DNA from: Ptychomitrium polyphyllum | Taxonomy: Eukaryota | Reading direction: 5' to 3' | Length of the DNA stretch: 64,000 nt | NCBI GenBank assembly: GCA_973851085.1 | Contig: OZ316775.1 | Location: 12,028,001 to 12,092,000 of the forward strand | Part shown: positions 51,914-64,000 of the stretch, piece by piece | Layout: the number at the start of each line of letters is the position of its first letter | How positions within the stretch are numbered: position 1 is the stretch's first letter | Position numbers and translations under genes: made by a program | The notes under the pieces: generated by a model | Told to the model about the DNA's origin: nothing | Database searches by the model: none | Seen by the model: only the letters and a program-made list of their open reading frames with translations

Positions 51914-52250
51914 GTCAAGCACTCCAATTCCTATAGAATTGCCTCGCTCTGCATCTCAAGAACTGTGCGGTTCTTCCCTACGTCACGTCATTCGTTCGCA
52001 GCGCAAGTCGCTTTCCAAAGGAAATGGTGTTCCGACAGGCAAAGGAACCGGGTATACGACACCACCAAATGGTCAAACCTCGCCAGCAAATGGTTATGCC
52101 TCTTCGACATCTAGTGGCCAAACCTCTCCCTCGTTGGAGATCCCTGACATGTCGCTGGATAACATCACGAAGAAATTGGAGAATGGTAATGGCAACGGTC
52201 ATGCTGCACTTCTCAACGGCAACGGTGCTCCGGTTGTGTGTGTTGCTTGA
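51914..52250 (+). CDS. Putative alternative terminal exon of the pyrophosphatase (111-aa low-complexity extension)
   Basis: Acceptor ctttcctgtgtccag| at 51913 is phase-compatible with donor CA|GTAAGA at 51284. The frame stays open to TGA at 52248-52250, and base composition is exon-like. Confidence 0.6.
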
Positions 52251-54043
52251 GATACTATCGATTATCAACGAACGACCTTCGGTGAGGTGTGTGTACAATA
52301 ACGGTGGTCTGTGATGTTGCCATTGTAACATCAGAGCTCTACAAAGAAAACTGGAAGTGTGTATTTATCCATGTAGGTAGTTATTATTTATCATTACTTC
52401 ATTGGGAGGCTTTACGTCACTTTTTTTTCCTCGAAAAGAGATTATTTGCTGCTGAAGGGGCTTGAAGGTGCAGACTCTAGTGAGAAGTTAGATAAGGTAT
52501 GTGATTAAATATCAGATGGTCGAAGTAGAGTTTAGGACATTCTTTGAGATGCACTTATCTCGTGCAATCTCCTTAAATATACGAGTGTAGCAAATTCTAT
52601 CTGGTAGTAGAAGAATACAGGAAGAAGAGTTTGTGAGAAATATTATTTGGCAGTAGGCTACGGGGTCGTACGGTGCGTGTGTGAGTTTTCTGGCAATAAG
52701 AAAGAAATGCTTCCAAAAATCACCCTGCGTAATATGGGCTCCCACTTTCTGTATGCTGCTGAGTACTTCACCTTTCGAAGACTGAAAGATTGCTTCTGCG
52801 AGTGCTTGTGTGAAGAGACACAGAAATCACGAGGAAAATGGAAGACAGAATCTTCGTATAAAACATTGGGATACCGTAGCATCACACATCTGTATTGCTA
52901 ATTCCCATTCGAAAGTAACACTAACGACCACTCTGTCTGTGCACATGTTGTGCTTCGGTTGCAATTGCAACTGGCGAAATGCAGCGCTTCAACAAAGTTT
53001 AGTGTATAACCTAGAAGCCTTCTGAAGTTACCTACCCTGTCTACATTGTTGTGCGCCATATTGTAGAAAGATGAAACCAACATACACGCTGTCAGTGAAA
53101 CAGCAAAACATCAGAGGATTTCTAGAAAGATTCACTAAAAAGGAAGCAATTTACGACGATTTACGACTGTTAGTGCCACGGAAAAACTTCTCTTCCATTA
53201 AACTTGCACTGTGTATCAATAAAACAAGTAAGGCGGCCATCAATGTGATAGCAGCAGGTTTCTGTCACTCTTCACTCTCAAGAGTGAAGTCTCTCAACTG
53301 ATATGTGCGGACAGACAGACGGACAGAGAGGACGGGACTATAACCTGACTATAAGGTCTCTTTTACATAACCCTAAATTGATCCACAATTTCAACAATTC
53401 GCAGACAAACCGACCGCTCTACTCTCATTTGAAGAATTGATTCATTCCAAACACTTGCACAAAAGTGTAAAAAGAATATACATGAACAGAGTCGAGACAG
53501 AATTAAATTTTGTCGTTCCCTCCATTCTAAGGTGTCTCAGATTCTTCAAATTCACAGTTCCTATTACAGTTGATGGTATTCTCTATTATGAAATGCACAT
53601 ATTAAAGGCCGAGTTGTTGTGATGCAACCCAGGGTTTACAACGTAGAGACTGTCAACAGAATCATATGAAGCAGGGCAATGTAGACCAATTTGTAAATGC
53701 GCGGAGAACTACCCTCAAACAACAATGGCTGGTTCTAGGATGAAGCTATCAACAGAATGTTGTTTGAAGGGTACATCCGACAAAACCTTACCCACTACAG
53801 CTCACACTTATGTTCGCGCTTCTGAAAATGCTCCCTAACATCGACCATGCCCTTATAAACAACTCCAAGTGTCTGAAATCGTACTAAACCGCAGAGTGAA
53901 CCTCTGACAGAGCACACCCCAAAGGCATACAAAACTCGTTGAGTGTGAAGGGAATTTGCGACTAGGTCAAAAATTAGAGACGACATATGACGAATTTCTG
54001 AAGCTCATTACCTGAGGTTGCAGTAGAATTCAATCACAACATC

Positions 54044-54841
54044 TCATTCGTCTTCATCCCCTTCAGCTTGTTCTTTGAGACACGCCCTCATCACATCGGC
54101 TAACTTCGCACATGCATCCAAAGAGAGATTCAAAGCATCCTTTGTAATCGCACCAGGCCATTGCCCGGTGATCTTCAGCTGCGTGACCTCGTTTCGAGAA
54201 GCCATGCACGTCACCATCATTTCACCATCGCTCCACTTCTCCTCCTCCAAAGTGGTGTCCAACAGCACCTCCTTACCCACGCAACATGCAGAAACGGCAG
54301 GGACAAGATCATACATCGCAATGCCGCCATCAGCTAAAGCCATCGACGCACATGAAACCACAGCCGCCAAGTCCCCTCCCCCAGACTGAAGAATGAGCGC
54401 GAAAATATCCACCGTCGTCTTCGGAAACGTGTGCAACATCACGGCGCCCTCCAGAGCCTTATGCAGCATCACGGAAAACTCCTTCTCCTCTGCCCCCTGG
54501 CTTGCCCTCCCCCTCACTGACGTCGCAAACGACGCATACTGGACATGGCAATTCAACCTCCCGATTCCACTGAAAGCTTCCGCCTTATAACTCTCCCGAG
54601 GTCCGAACACAGAGACGATCACCTTCGTCTGCCCAACCTCTGCATAAGCCGACCCCGCCGCTGCAGTCACCGCCCCCGTCTTCAAATAAAAAAACCGGGA
54701 CTCATGTGGCATGCGCCCGTCGACGCGCACCCCGTTCGGCGACAAGAGCCGCAACGGTCCTCGCCTCAGGCCCGCGTCGGGTGCGTCAGACAATATGTCC
54801 ACCGCGTAGGAAACACTCGTCTCTCCCCGCCCCTTCGCCAT
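54044..54841 (-). CDS. RRP41L: Exosome complex RNase PH-domain subunit RRP41-like (MTR3/EXOSC6 type), ~265 aa, intronless
   Basis: Motifs RVDGR, GSAYAEVGQTKVIVSVFGPRE, GRLNC, FPKTTVDIFALILQSGG and ALADGGIAMYDLV. Likely start MAKGRGE at 54841; the ORF is open upstream to an ATG at 54937. Confidence 0.92.
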   Translation of the reverse strand: MAKGRGETSVSYAVDILSDAPDAGLRRGPLRLLSPNGVRVDGRMPHESRFFYLKTGAVTAAAGSAYAEVGQTKVIVSVFGPRESYKAEAFSGIGRLNCHVQYASFATSVRGRASQGAEEKEFSVMLHKALEGAVMLHTFPKTTVDIFALILQSGGGDLAAVVSCASMALADGGIAMYDLVPAVSACCVGKEVLLDTTLEEEKWSDGEMMVTCMASRNEVTQLKITGQWPGAITKDALNLSLDACAKLADVMRACLKEQAEGDEDE

Positions 54842-54868
54842 TGCCAGAACTCCGCTGCAGCATCTGCG

Positions 54869-54877
54869 AAACCCTAA
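54869..54877. promoter_or_regulatory. Telo-box (AAACCCTAA) just upstream of the likely RRP41L start
   Basis: Exact motif. Telo-boxes are known to be enriched near the 5' ends of plant ribosome-biogenesis and translation genes. Confidence 0.5.
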
Positions 54878-57800
54878 GCCCTGAACCCCTGCAACCACAT
54901 CACGTGAGTCAAGCCCAACAATCCGATGTTCATCCACGTCTGCCTCACTCCACTACACTACAGAAGAACGAAGAAAAAGACCAGTTCCTCATGAATCGAC
55001 GATGCCCGAGGACGCGACGGTGACGCTGCAAGCCCGATTCCTCCCGCGATGAGAAGACGGCGATTCCCGCAGCTCACATGCGCGGCAACGAAGCAAACGA
55101 CGGCCGTCGCCGGCATGCCATGGGCGCGGTGCAGCACATGACCTGCATAGGCCCCGACGGCGACGGCCCCCGACGGCCCCCGACGGTGACGGCGACGGCG
55201 CATGGGCGTGCATGGGGGCTCATCGCTCACCCGACTCTGCACTGTATTCCGTATGGCACCAATTGTTTTCATTTAGTCGGTTCATTGCCACACTTCCTTT
55301 CCCTTTTGATGATTTCTCCTTTATGTATAAAAGCTCAATTTTGGTCTAATGCAAGCTATCATGTTGCACTTTAAAACCACAATATCAAAAAATGTGAATG
55401 CACTAGTATGGAAGTAAGTTGCAGTATATGATAAAAAAAACTATTTGGACCCTTGCTACATGAACATTCTTTGTAGTAGATAGAAATTTAATTCTTCATA
55501 AATTTGCTAATCTATCATTGAGTTGCAAGCTTCTACAAATCTTTATATTGTGATAGCACTTTACCACACTTATATCCTTCCAATGATTGCTTAGCTTCTT
55601 CTACACCAAAGTATTGTAGCTTCTTTGCAAAGAACTTATGTTATTTGTCTTAAAATTAAATATAGTACCTAGGAATCCAAATATTTAGCCTTTTTTTTAG
55701 AAACAACCAAATAGTTACTATTTTTTTTTGTTCCTATAATAAAAAGAAAAAAATATTTGATAAATCATAATTCTTGATAAATTCAAAGAATTGAATTAGC
55801 AAATTTATATTATTCTTTATTACAATTTATTTTTCAAATTTTGATTTTGTAATTTTCTCATTGAAGATGACATTTTGAAAACAATTGTAACTATTAGGTA
55901 CATTTTGAAACCCTCAAAAGTTGAATTTTTTAAAAGGTAGACATGTCTTCACCATAAAAAACAAGAAAAATGTTGAAATAAATCACAATGTCTCATTTTT
56001 TTGAAATTTTTAGTTTACAATTAGGGATTTGACTATCAAATTATTTAAACTCTAGAAATTTGATTATAAATTTTTCTAAAGATGAACATAAAAATAAAAT
56101 CACAAAAATTCTAATTTTTTTTAATAAATTAACAGAAAGATAGGATAATAAGTACAATACAATGATTTGTATGAATTTTTAAAATAAACATTACATAAGC
56201 ATATGTCAAATTTATAGCCTATTATGAAATGTTTTGATTTTAGATAATTTAGATTGAGAAGGATTAATTAATTTTCAACTAATTTTGAATTTCAAGATAA
56301 TAAAACTTGAATTTTTGTATATAATCTAAAAGGTTCTTGCCGTAGTTGCATTTTTGTATGGAAAGAAAATGAAACTCATAACAATCATTTTAGAAGATTA
56401 AATATAAAAGTATAATTTCAAAAAAGAATAATTTTTTTTAGATTATATTAAATAAAAAAATTATAAATCATAAATATTGTGCTATAAATTTAAAAAAAGG
56501 TATTTATATAATATATGCCAAAATAATTTGTTGAATAAAATAATGAAGAATTTTTTATACACTTGTATAGAAAACAACTATTTGTTTTAGGCATTACATA
56601 ATATTATAATATAAATGGTCAATTTGTAATGTAAGATAAATATAGTTATATTTGATTTTCAATGAAAATTATATGAAATTCTATGATAACTAATATAGTT
56701 CCGTTTTTTGCCATTTTTATACAAATAATTATTGTAACTCAAAATAAATCATTATGAGTTTTATTGTAACTTGGTTGTAAAATACAAAAATTTAAGTAAA
56801 TTTCAAAATTTTGAGATGACAAGTATATATAATATGAACAACTATCTTAAAAATATAATCTTACACCATTACAATTTTAATAAGGCATTTTGTACATAAT
56901 AGTATCAATTTGAATCAATAACAATGATGCCCAAATTAAGAATATTAATTCCATTGTAATTTTGTAATTTAACTTTTATTTAAAAATCCTAATTTGTTGT
57001 TAATGCTATTGAATTTTATCTTCAAGCATACATATAGTGATACATTATTTTGGCCCAAACAATCTTAGCTTGATAAACTTTAAAGAGCCTTATTTTTATT
57101 TGAATTATGTTTTTAATGGAATGTATTGATATGAATAAACATTATTGCCAGAAGGCTATTAAAAATTTTGAAAAATTCTTGTGTGAATTTATATAAAAAG
57201 ACAATCATTAATTCTAAACATTATACCATACAATACAAAAATCATTCACTTTGAATAGAATAATTTAGAAATAATGCATGTGTTTAAATATCATATGGAG
57301 GAAAAATTACATAATATTGCGTTATGATAAACCTTGGCTTTATATCAATAGACCTTATATTAATAGTTGTTATAATATCATTGAATTTATTGAGGTTTTT
57401 ATTATATGGTCATATAGAAACTTGAACAAAATTCAAGTTATAGTATTGGACATAATTTATAACAATTGTAGTACAAATATAAGGTAGCTTGTATGAAATA
57501 TATAAATAACTATAAATAAATATATAAATATATACATATATGTATATTTTCATACATAAAATTGGTTTCATACAAGTAATCAAACACAAATTAAGTATGT
57601 TATAATAGATGTAATATCATTTTATCTTAATATTTAAGTTTATTCCATCACTCTAATAATGAAAAGTTGATAATAGGTTGAACAAGATGATTACCTTGGT
57701 GATTGTATTATATTGAGACTTACTTATGAGGCTTATTTAGGCTAATTAGGCTAGGTACAATCCATCATTCAGATAATGCTGGTTGATCAAAAGAAACTTT

Positions 57801-60031
57801 ATCCTTTTAAAGTGCGAGGGCGAGAGTAAAGCCTAATAAAGAAATCACAGCTGGTTTGACAACCCCCATTGAAAAAGAAATCAACCAAGCTTAACACGAA
57901 CTGAAGAGACCACGTCGTTTTCGTTTCAGCTGTAACTCTAGATTGAACAAGTGTAGGAACTCGCAACACAGTCAACTTTAGATTTTCACTCACTTTCCGG
58001 GCCCACCAGCAACACCGGAGTGCACGAGCCCCTTCCCGCCATTTGTGGACTCGATGTCCAGCAGGTGCCTCAGCTACGTGTATGCCGTTGCAGGACTTGC
58101 TACAGCGCAGTTTCGTTTTCAGTGTGGCAGGCCCTGCGTTGCGGACAAAACTGGGGTCCAGCAGCGAGCTGCACCGCTGCTGACTCTCTCAAGTTACACT
58201 CCCCCCTGCACCATGCAGTGATGATAGCAGACTCCTCAAGGGACACCATCAAGAGGACGGTGGCCTTGACTTTCATCACACCCAAGATTAGCCCAGCAAC
58301 CATCACCAACAATCATAACCCATATCATAACTCACGCCACCCACACAAACTCCTGCAATAAAACCTCCCCTATTCATGCCCCTCAAAGCCAATCAAAACC
58401 ACCCTCACAGTAGAATTCCAAAACCAGAACAACCCTCCAGATAATCGAACGACACCCCTCTGGAAGCTCGGCGCCGCCCACCGCAGCCAACGACCGAGTC
58501 GCCGACCCCACCTGCCCCCTCAACGTGCAACGAACTCTTCCCCCAACAGCAGAACGTAACTCCTTCGGAAAAGACGAAAGGCACCCCAGGGCCCCCAAAT
58601 ACAGTATCGCCACTATCCAGAACCTGTTCACGTTCCGTAGATACGATCGTAGTATACGCCATCGCCCTTATGCCGACAACCAAACTCACGCCGTGGGTTC
58701 CACGACAAGGACTCGCACTCTCGAATCGCAGGCATTCCGCTGCATCATCAGTTTCCTTGCAAAGATCGCTCCTTTGCAGCTTCTGTCTAGCTTCTTGCGG
58801 TTTAAGACTGCTCCACTACCATCACTAAACCGTTCATTTGGCTCACTGGTATGGCTGCAAGCTCGCCAAAGCTCTCTGTTTCGCAGTTGCAGGGAGATCA
58901 TGTCATGGATGTGAGTGTATTGATGGTGGAGTTTTCTGTTTCCATCTAGGAGGTCTGTGTTATGTTGTGGAGTGGTGCGGAGGTTTGGGTGGGATTTGTT
59001 GGTTGGTTGGCTGGTTGATGGTTGTTTTTGTTGTTCATGAATTTGTGTGTGATGGAGTTTGTTCCAAGTGTTGGTTTTTGGGCGAGGCCATTATGTGATA
59101 GATTTAGGTGAGGTTTCTGGTGTTGGGTGATGGAATGGTGATGGTGATCGAGTGGGGTTTGGTTCTGGTTTTTTGTGATGGTTTGTTGAATTTTAGGTAG
59201 AGTTTTTGGATTTGGTTGGAGAATACTGGTTTTGGACTGGGGACGAATTCGATGAGTGTTTGATGGTGATTTTTTAATGTATAATTCGATGGAGTGTTGT
59301 TGCGATCTGTGAGTGAAGAGGTGTGATTTGTGTCTTTGAGGAATGCGAGTTTATGAATGAACTGGTTCCACTGCCAGAGGAGAGTTAGGTTTTCTATTTT
59401 AGTTCCTGATCTGGTAACCCTAACTTTACTTCCTGGAGCTGTCGGTATGGTAAGGCGAGAGCTGTGAGATTGCGAATTTGTATGCATGCTTTGAACTCGA
59501 GCATTTGTGTAAGGAGAGACGAAATAGCTCTTGAAATCTGTCGTTTAAGGATTTGCAAATCTTAAGCTTCCTCTTTCCGATTTTGTAAATGTATTGATGG
59601 TTGGATTGTTTGTTCCCTAGTAATCGTAAGGGGTGGGATTGACGCAACAGATTCCTCACCGGATAAGAAGATGATAGTCGCAGGGGTTCATAGAACGTCG
59701 GTCTCATGTTGAATATGTTTCAAACATGTTCTACCTTGCAAAGATTCAGTCTAGGATGGCTATCAACTTGAACACCCTGTAGTGTCGAGAATTCACGATG
59801 GTACACTATTTTGTACAATTTTTTTTGTTGAACTCTTGGCTACTCGAATTTTTATCCTACTCCTGTGGTATTTGCCATTTCTGTATATGGCTATGCTCTG
59901 AGTATGTGATTGGAATTTTACTTTAAGTCCCTGAAGATTGTGGTGTACAATGTTGTACTGTGGTTTGATAATTGATGGCGGTGAAGTAGGTGGGGGAGTA
60001 AGTGCAATTGAAGCAAGATAATCAGAGCCGC

Positions 60032-63000
60032 ATGTTGGAGGCAGGAGACGATTCTGCAATGGGGGATGCAGGGGCAGGTCCCAGCGTGCAGAGAACGCGG
60101 CTGCGAGTAGCAGGCGCGTGGTCAGGCAGTTTGGAGGTATCGTTGGATGAGTGGAGTGTGGAGAAGTTGCGAGCTGAGGTTTCTAGTTATTCTGGGATTG
60201 CCACGGACTCTATAAAACTGATTTGCGCAGGCCGAATCCTCAAGGACGACGTTGCCGGCAGTGCAGGGGCGTCCAAGAACTTGCGAGAGCTAGGAATTGG
60301 ACCAAATTCGAAGCTCTTACTGACTAGAGTTACTCCTCCACAGCCGATGAACACAGCTGATGCAGAGCAGGAGCGCGTTGAACGTCTTGCACGTATCAAG
60401 TAAACCAGCTAAACTTACAAAACTTCTTTTTGGATAGTTGCTGCAATGTGATGCTATAAACTGCATCGTTCTTAGTGTTCGTCAAAACTTATCGCGTGTT
60501 GAGAGTCTCGGCCATAAGATTCTGGTCCATGATCAGCTGTCGAGTGAATACGTTTCTCATGTATGTTATGAAGTCGCTCAAGGTGGTTTGGTTTGCGTGG
60601 GAAAGGGGACTAGAGAAGTTTTATGTGACGAATATTCTCGAACACCATTGCAGGACTGCAGCGGATGCCATGGCAAAGAGAAGTAATGAGGGTGAGTTTC
60701 CCTCGGATGACTTTGATCTCCAACTTGAAAATCAGAGTGGGGAGAAGCTGATGTTCAAGTCAGATACCGATCGCAGGTCCTTATTCCCTTTCACCTTTAT
60801 GACGTGGGATTTTATTCCAATTTAGAATGAATGCTCCGGCACTTGCAGGGTTTCATTTAATAATATTTCCTTGTGTTGTTGGCAAGGTTGCATCCCTTTC
60901 TGATACAAGATCCTAATATCTGAAACTTTTTATTGAGGGACCCGTTCAACATTGTACGTTCCTGGATAGATGCTGTTGCATGGACTTTATCTAAAGGGAT
61001 GCATTGTCATGACAGAGCCCTTGTGATGGGGCTCATGATGCATGCGAAAGCCCGGAGCATGATTGAGCTGGGTAATTATCTTGAAGCGTTGGAGGTCTTG
61101 GGGATGGCAGAGGTATGCAAACAATCTCAGGCATTGGCCACAAAGAAGCATCCGAAATAGAATCTGAATATCGCTTGATAAAAGCCAAGTGTTCTACTTT
61201 AAGTCTTTCTTTTATAGGTTTAGAAGTGTCGAAACATCTAAGTTCTGCCTTAAATAGTCAACATTTTATATTCTAAGTTCCATTCTTAGTTGGAGCTGAT
61301 ACTCATACATTGTGCTTATTGTGTTATCAAAATTGGCAGGAATCATTTTCTCTTTGCGATCGGAAATTCCTTGAGGTGACTACTCTTCATACTCTAACCA
61401 ACATTATCTTGACATGGGTTTACTATGTTATCTGAGAGGGCACCGTAGAGTGGTCCCTTACCTTTTCAACACATTCTGGAAATGGTAAATTTTCTGACAA
61501 AAATGCATTGCATTGATCACAGGCTGTTGATAATGTGGCACTTCTTCAAATTGACACAGTATGGTGCTTGTTCATGTTACGGGATATTGAACGCTTAGCT
61601 GTTGCAAGGGAGCGGCTGGCGCGCGCTCGAGATGGCCTGAAACGCTCACATGGCCCGAACCTTGAGCGACTTCGGGTGTTGCAAGGCGGCTTCTGTCCAG
61701 AGCTTGCATTGTGGGCCTACTTTCAAACCTTCCTCAATAATATTTTTGCATACTTTTCAGAAGATTCATTGACAAGGATTACCTCTTATAGTTTCATGCA
61801 AGACCTATTCTTGCAATCGAAGTGCCTCTGATGTTGAAATTGAACACATATGAAATACCCCTGAGGGTGTTTTTCAAGTTCTCATTGACATGTGCACACG
61901 TATCTGCAGATCTTGTGGTTTTTGGGTAGAGATCAGTATTATGTCATTAAATCACGACTTGTATGCTGTGTTCAGGTATGTCCGACTGGAGCTCCTAGAG
62001 GGGGTAGTCGCTTACCATAGTGGGCAAGCAGATTCAGCAAGGACGTCGTTTCTCTCGGCTAAAGAGAAGTTCGAGCAGGTGCATACCTCAGGACTGTAGC
62101 ACTCAGGATTATACACTCTGCACCCGTATTTTATTTTTATGTACCAACTTGAATATTGATACTTTGGATCGGACGCAGTTGCAACTCTCTGATGAACAAG
62201 TGGCAGCCCTCGCTCAAATGGGCTTCTCAATGAAGGAGGCCCGCAGGTCATTACGAGTATCAGGTAAAGATGCATCACGTGCTGTTGAGTTTGTAATGAA
62301 TGAGCGGGCCAAGGCGCAGGAGAAGGCAGAGGAGGACAATCGTCGACAAGAGGAACGCAGGTCGGTAATTTCAAGCAACTCCTGGATTCTATGATATCTA
62401 GATTGTATGGTTCAGCTTGAGAATACTGATATGAAATATGCTACTGCAGGTTTGAGATCATTTTCAACGTTATTTTCTAATTTTATCCTTGTCTATTGGT
62501 CCCCGCAGAGAACAGAAGAAGTACGGAAAGACTGTTGGGGGTAAGGCAGTCGACATAACAAAGTTGAACGAGCTGGCGTCCATGGGGTAAGCTTCTGTCC
62601 ATGATAGTGTGTAACGTATTTCATAGGGAATCAAGATTTGTCAGGATAGTATGATCTGTTATGTTTCTTTTGTTTCTTGGATAGTGATCAGTGAGTGCCA
62701 GCGTAAATCATGTATGTCATAATCAAGGGCACTGACATAATGGTCAAGTGCTTTTGGTAATCTACTGACTCAATCAGGTACATGACAGGATGGATGAGTG
62801 GGCATGACAGGTATAAGCGGCGCATAGTTGCAGAGGCTTTAAAGCAGAGTGAAAATAACAGGGAATTGGCTCTGGAAATGTTAATGAATCCAACAGCCTA
62901 TTCCACTCTTCAGGTATATACTATTTTTCTTGCCTTCTTGCTAAAATCGATTTGATACTCCTAGAAGGAATCACTGTTATCGGTTGTTGTTTGAGTTATT

Positions 63001-63942
63001 GGTATTTCAGCCTTCTGTAACTCGCGAATCTGCAAGTTCTGAGCTCGTTTTCCTCAATTTCCAAGCTATCTGAGCAAGAGAAAATTCATAGCAATGCCAT
63101 ATGTCGTTTGGGGTCAACTAGTATGCACTTGGGGTTTGACTATTTCAAAGTTCTTTGACGGGAGTAACGCTGTGATTTATCTTCTGGCCTTATGTTTTAG
63201 CACGATTGACAATACATATGTGATTTTTCCCTGTAAATTTGCAGGCGTGCTTGGGAGAGAGAAAGTCTCGAGGTCCTGTAGACAGTATAGCGCTTGCAGA
63301 GTTGATGTCGATGGGCTTCAGCAAAGACAAAGGTGCATATTAAAACCACCCAGTTGTAGCTTTTTCTCTAAATTACACCTTGTTACTATACTAGTAATTT
63401 TGTCAGAATCTAACCACTGACACGTCATTGCACACCTCCTGTGGGACTACTGTCTTATGAATGCGTATGGTTCATATGTAATTATTCGTTTGATTAGAAC
63501 CCCTCCGTGCATTACACTATCTTCCTACAAAAGAAGCCAAGTTTTTTACTTGTGGTATGTTTAATCATTCCTCAATTTGGTTTTGATAACGAATTACAAT
63601 TTTGCAGCAAAGAAGGCATTAAAAGGATCCAAAGACACTGCACAAGCGCTTGAGAGATTAATTCAAGGTCTGGAAGACTCTCCCACTAGTGAAGATTCAG
63701 AACAGCTTCCTAGTACTTCAGACACCGAAGTTGCAGCTGCAAATCCAAGCAATGTATCTCTGCCTGAGAGTCCCGGGTCGATGGATCTCGACCCTCGGGA
63801 CGAAGAGATGGAGGAGGAGATTGCGCGAGACATAACTGGGGATCCTTATGCGGAGTACGATATTGAGGTGAGCAAAGAAGGCGACGCTATCTCTGAGTAC
63901 CTTGGGTTGCTGAACAGCAGCTGCCCAGAATCTACGGTATGA
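60032..63942 (+). CDS. NUB1: NUB1-like (NEDD8 ultimate buster 1) UBL + UBA domain protein, ~566 aa
   Basis: Exons 60032-60399, 60654-60776, 61016-61112, 61340-61375, 61523-61710, 61976-62078, 62179-62360, 62509-62586, 62811-62913, 63245-63332, 63608-63942 (1701 nt, in frame). N-terminal UBL (IKLICAGRILKD), central VDNVALLQIDTVWC...YVRLELLEGVVAYH, and three UBA-like MGF/MGY repeats. The start may be the ATG at 60059. Confidence 0.88.
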
Positions 63943-64000
63943 ATCGTGCAGCTTCTGAAGTATTCTGGAAAATATTCGATACATTGGGATCAATACGGTG

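Noticed and set aside
51650..52114. 154-aa ORF after the pyrophosphatase stop
   Set aside because: It spans putative intron sequence, is in a different frame from the splice-compatible tail, and has no recognisable motifs.
58020..59707. Multiple short ORFs upstream of NUB1
   Set aside because: Consistent with promoter, 5'UTR exon (donor GTGAGT at 58911) and leader intron; no coding signature.
63011..63035. Possible micro-exon in NUB1 after tttcag
   Set aside because: Exon 62811-62913 joins 63245 directly in phase 0; adding this exon would shift the frame.
12832..63942. Apparent proteostasis gene cluster (ClpC, TOM9, Josephin, NUB1, eIF1A, exosome subunit)
   Set aside because: These are housekeeping genes of different compartments with no shared pathway or operon logic; chance adjacency is sufficient.

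Overview
Eukaryotic nuclear DNA from a land plant. A moss of the Physcomitrium type is most likely; this is inferred from protein character, GT-AG introns, and GC-rich genes separated by AT-rich, CpG-poor DNA. I hand-assembled nine protein-coding genes with frame-consistent exon structures: a CLAVATA1/BAM-type LRR receptor kinase (+, 9 exons), eIF1A (-), chloroplast ClpC (-, 8 exons), phosphatidylinositol synthase (+, 10 exons), TOM9/TOM22 (+), a Josephin-family deubiquitinase (-), a soluble inorganic pyrophosphatase (+), exosome subunit RRP41-like/MTR3 (-), and a NUB1-like UBL/UBA protein (+, 11 exons). Intergenic DNA holds an intact solo LTR with a 5-bp target-site duplication (TSD), a decayed inverted copy of the same LTR, a candidate non-autonomous Helitron-like family, and several tandem repeats. 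The most striking observation is in the pyrophosphatase gene. Its stop codon (CAG TAA) overlaps a consensus splice donor (CA|GTAAGA), and splicing to an acceptor 630 nt downstream would fuse an in-frame 111-aa Ser/Gly/Asn/Pro-rich tail onto the enzyme. I recognised no tRNA, rRNA or CRISPR array. All homology calls come from motif recognition, not database searches.
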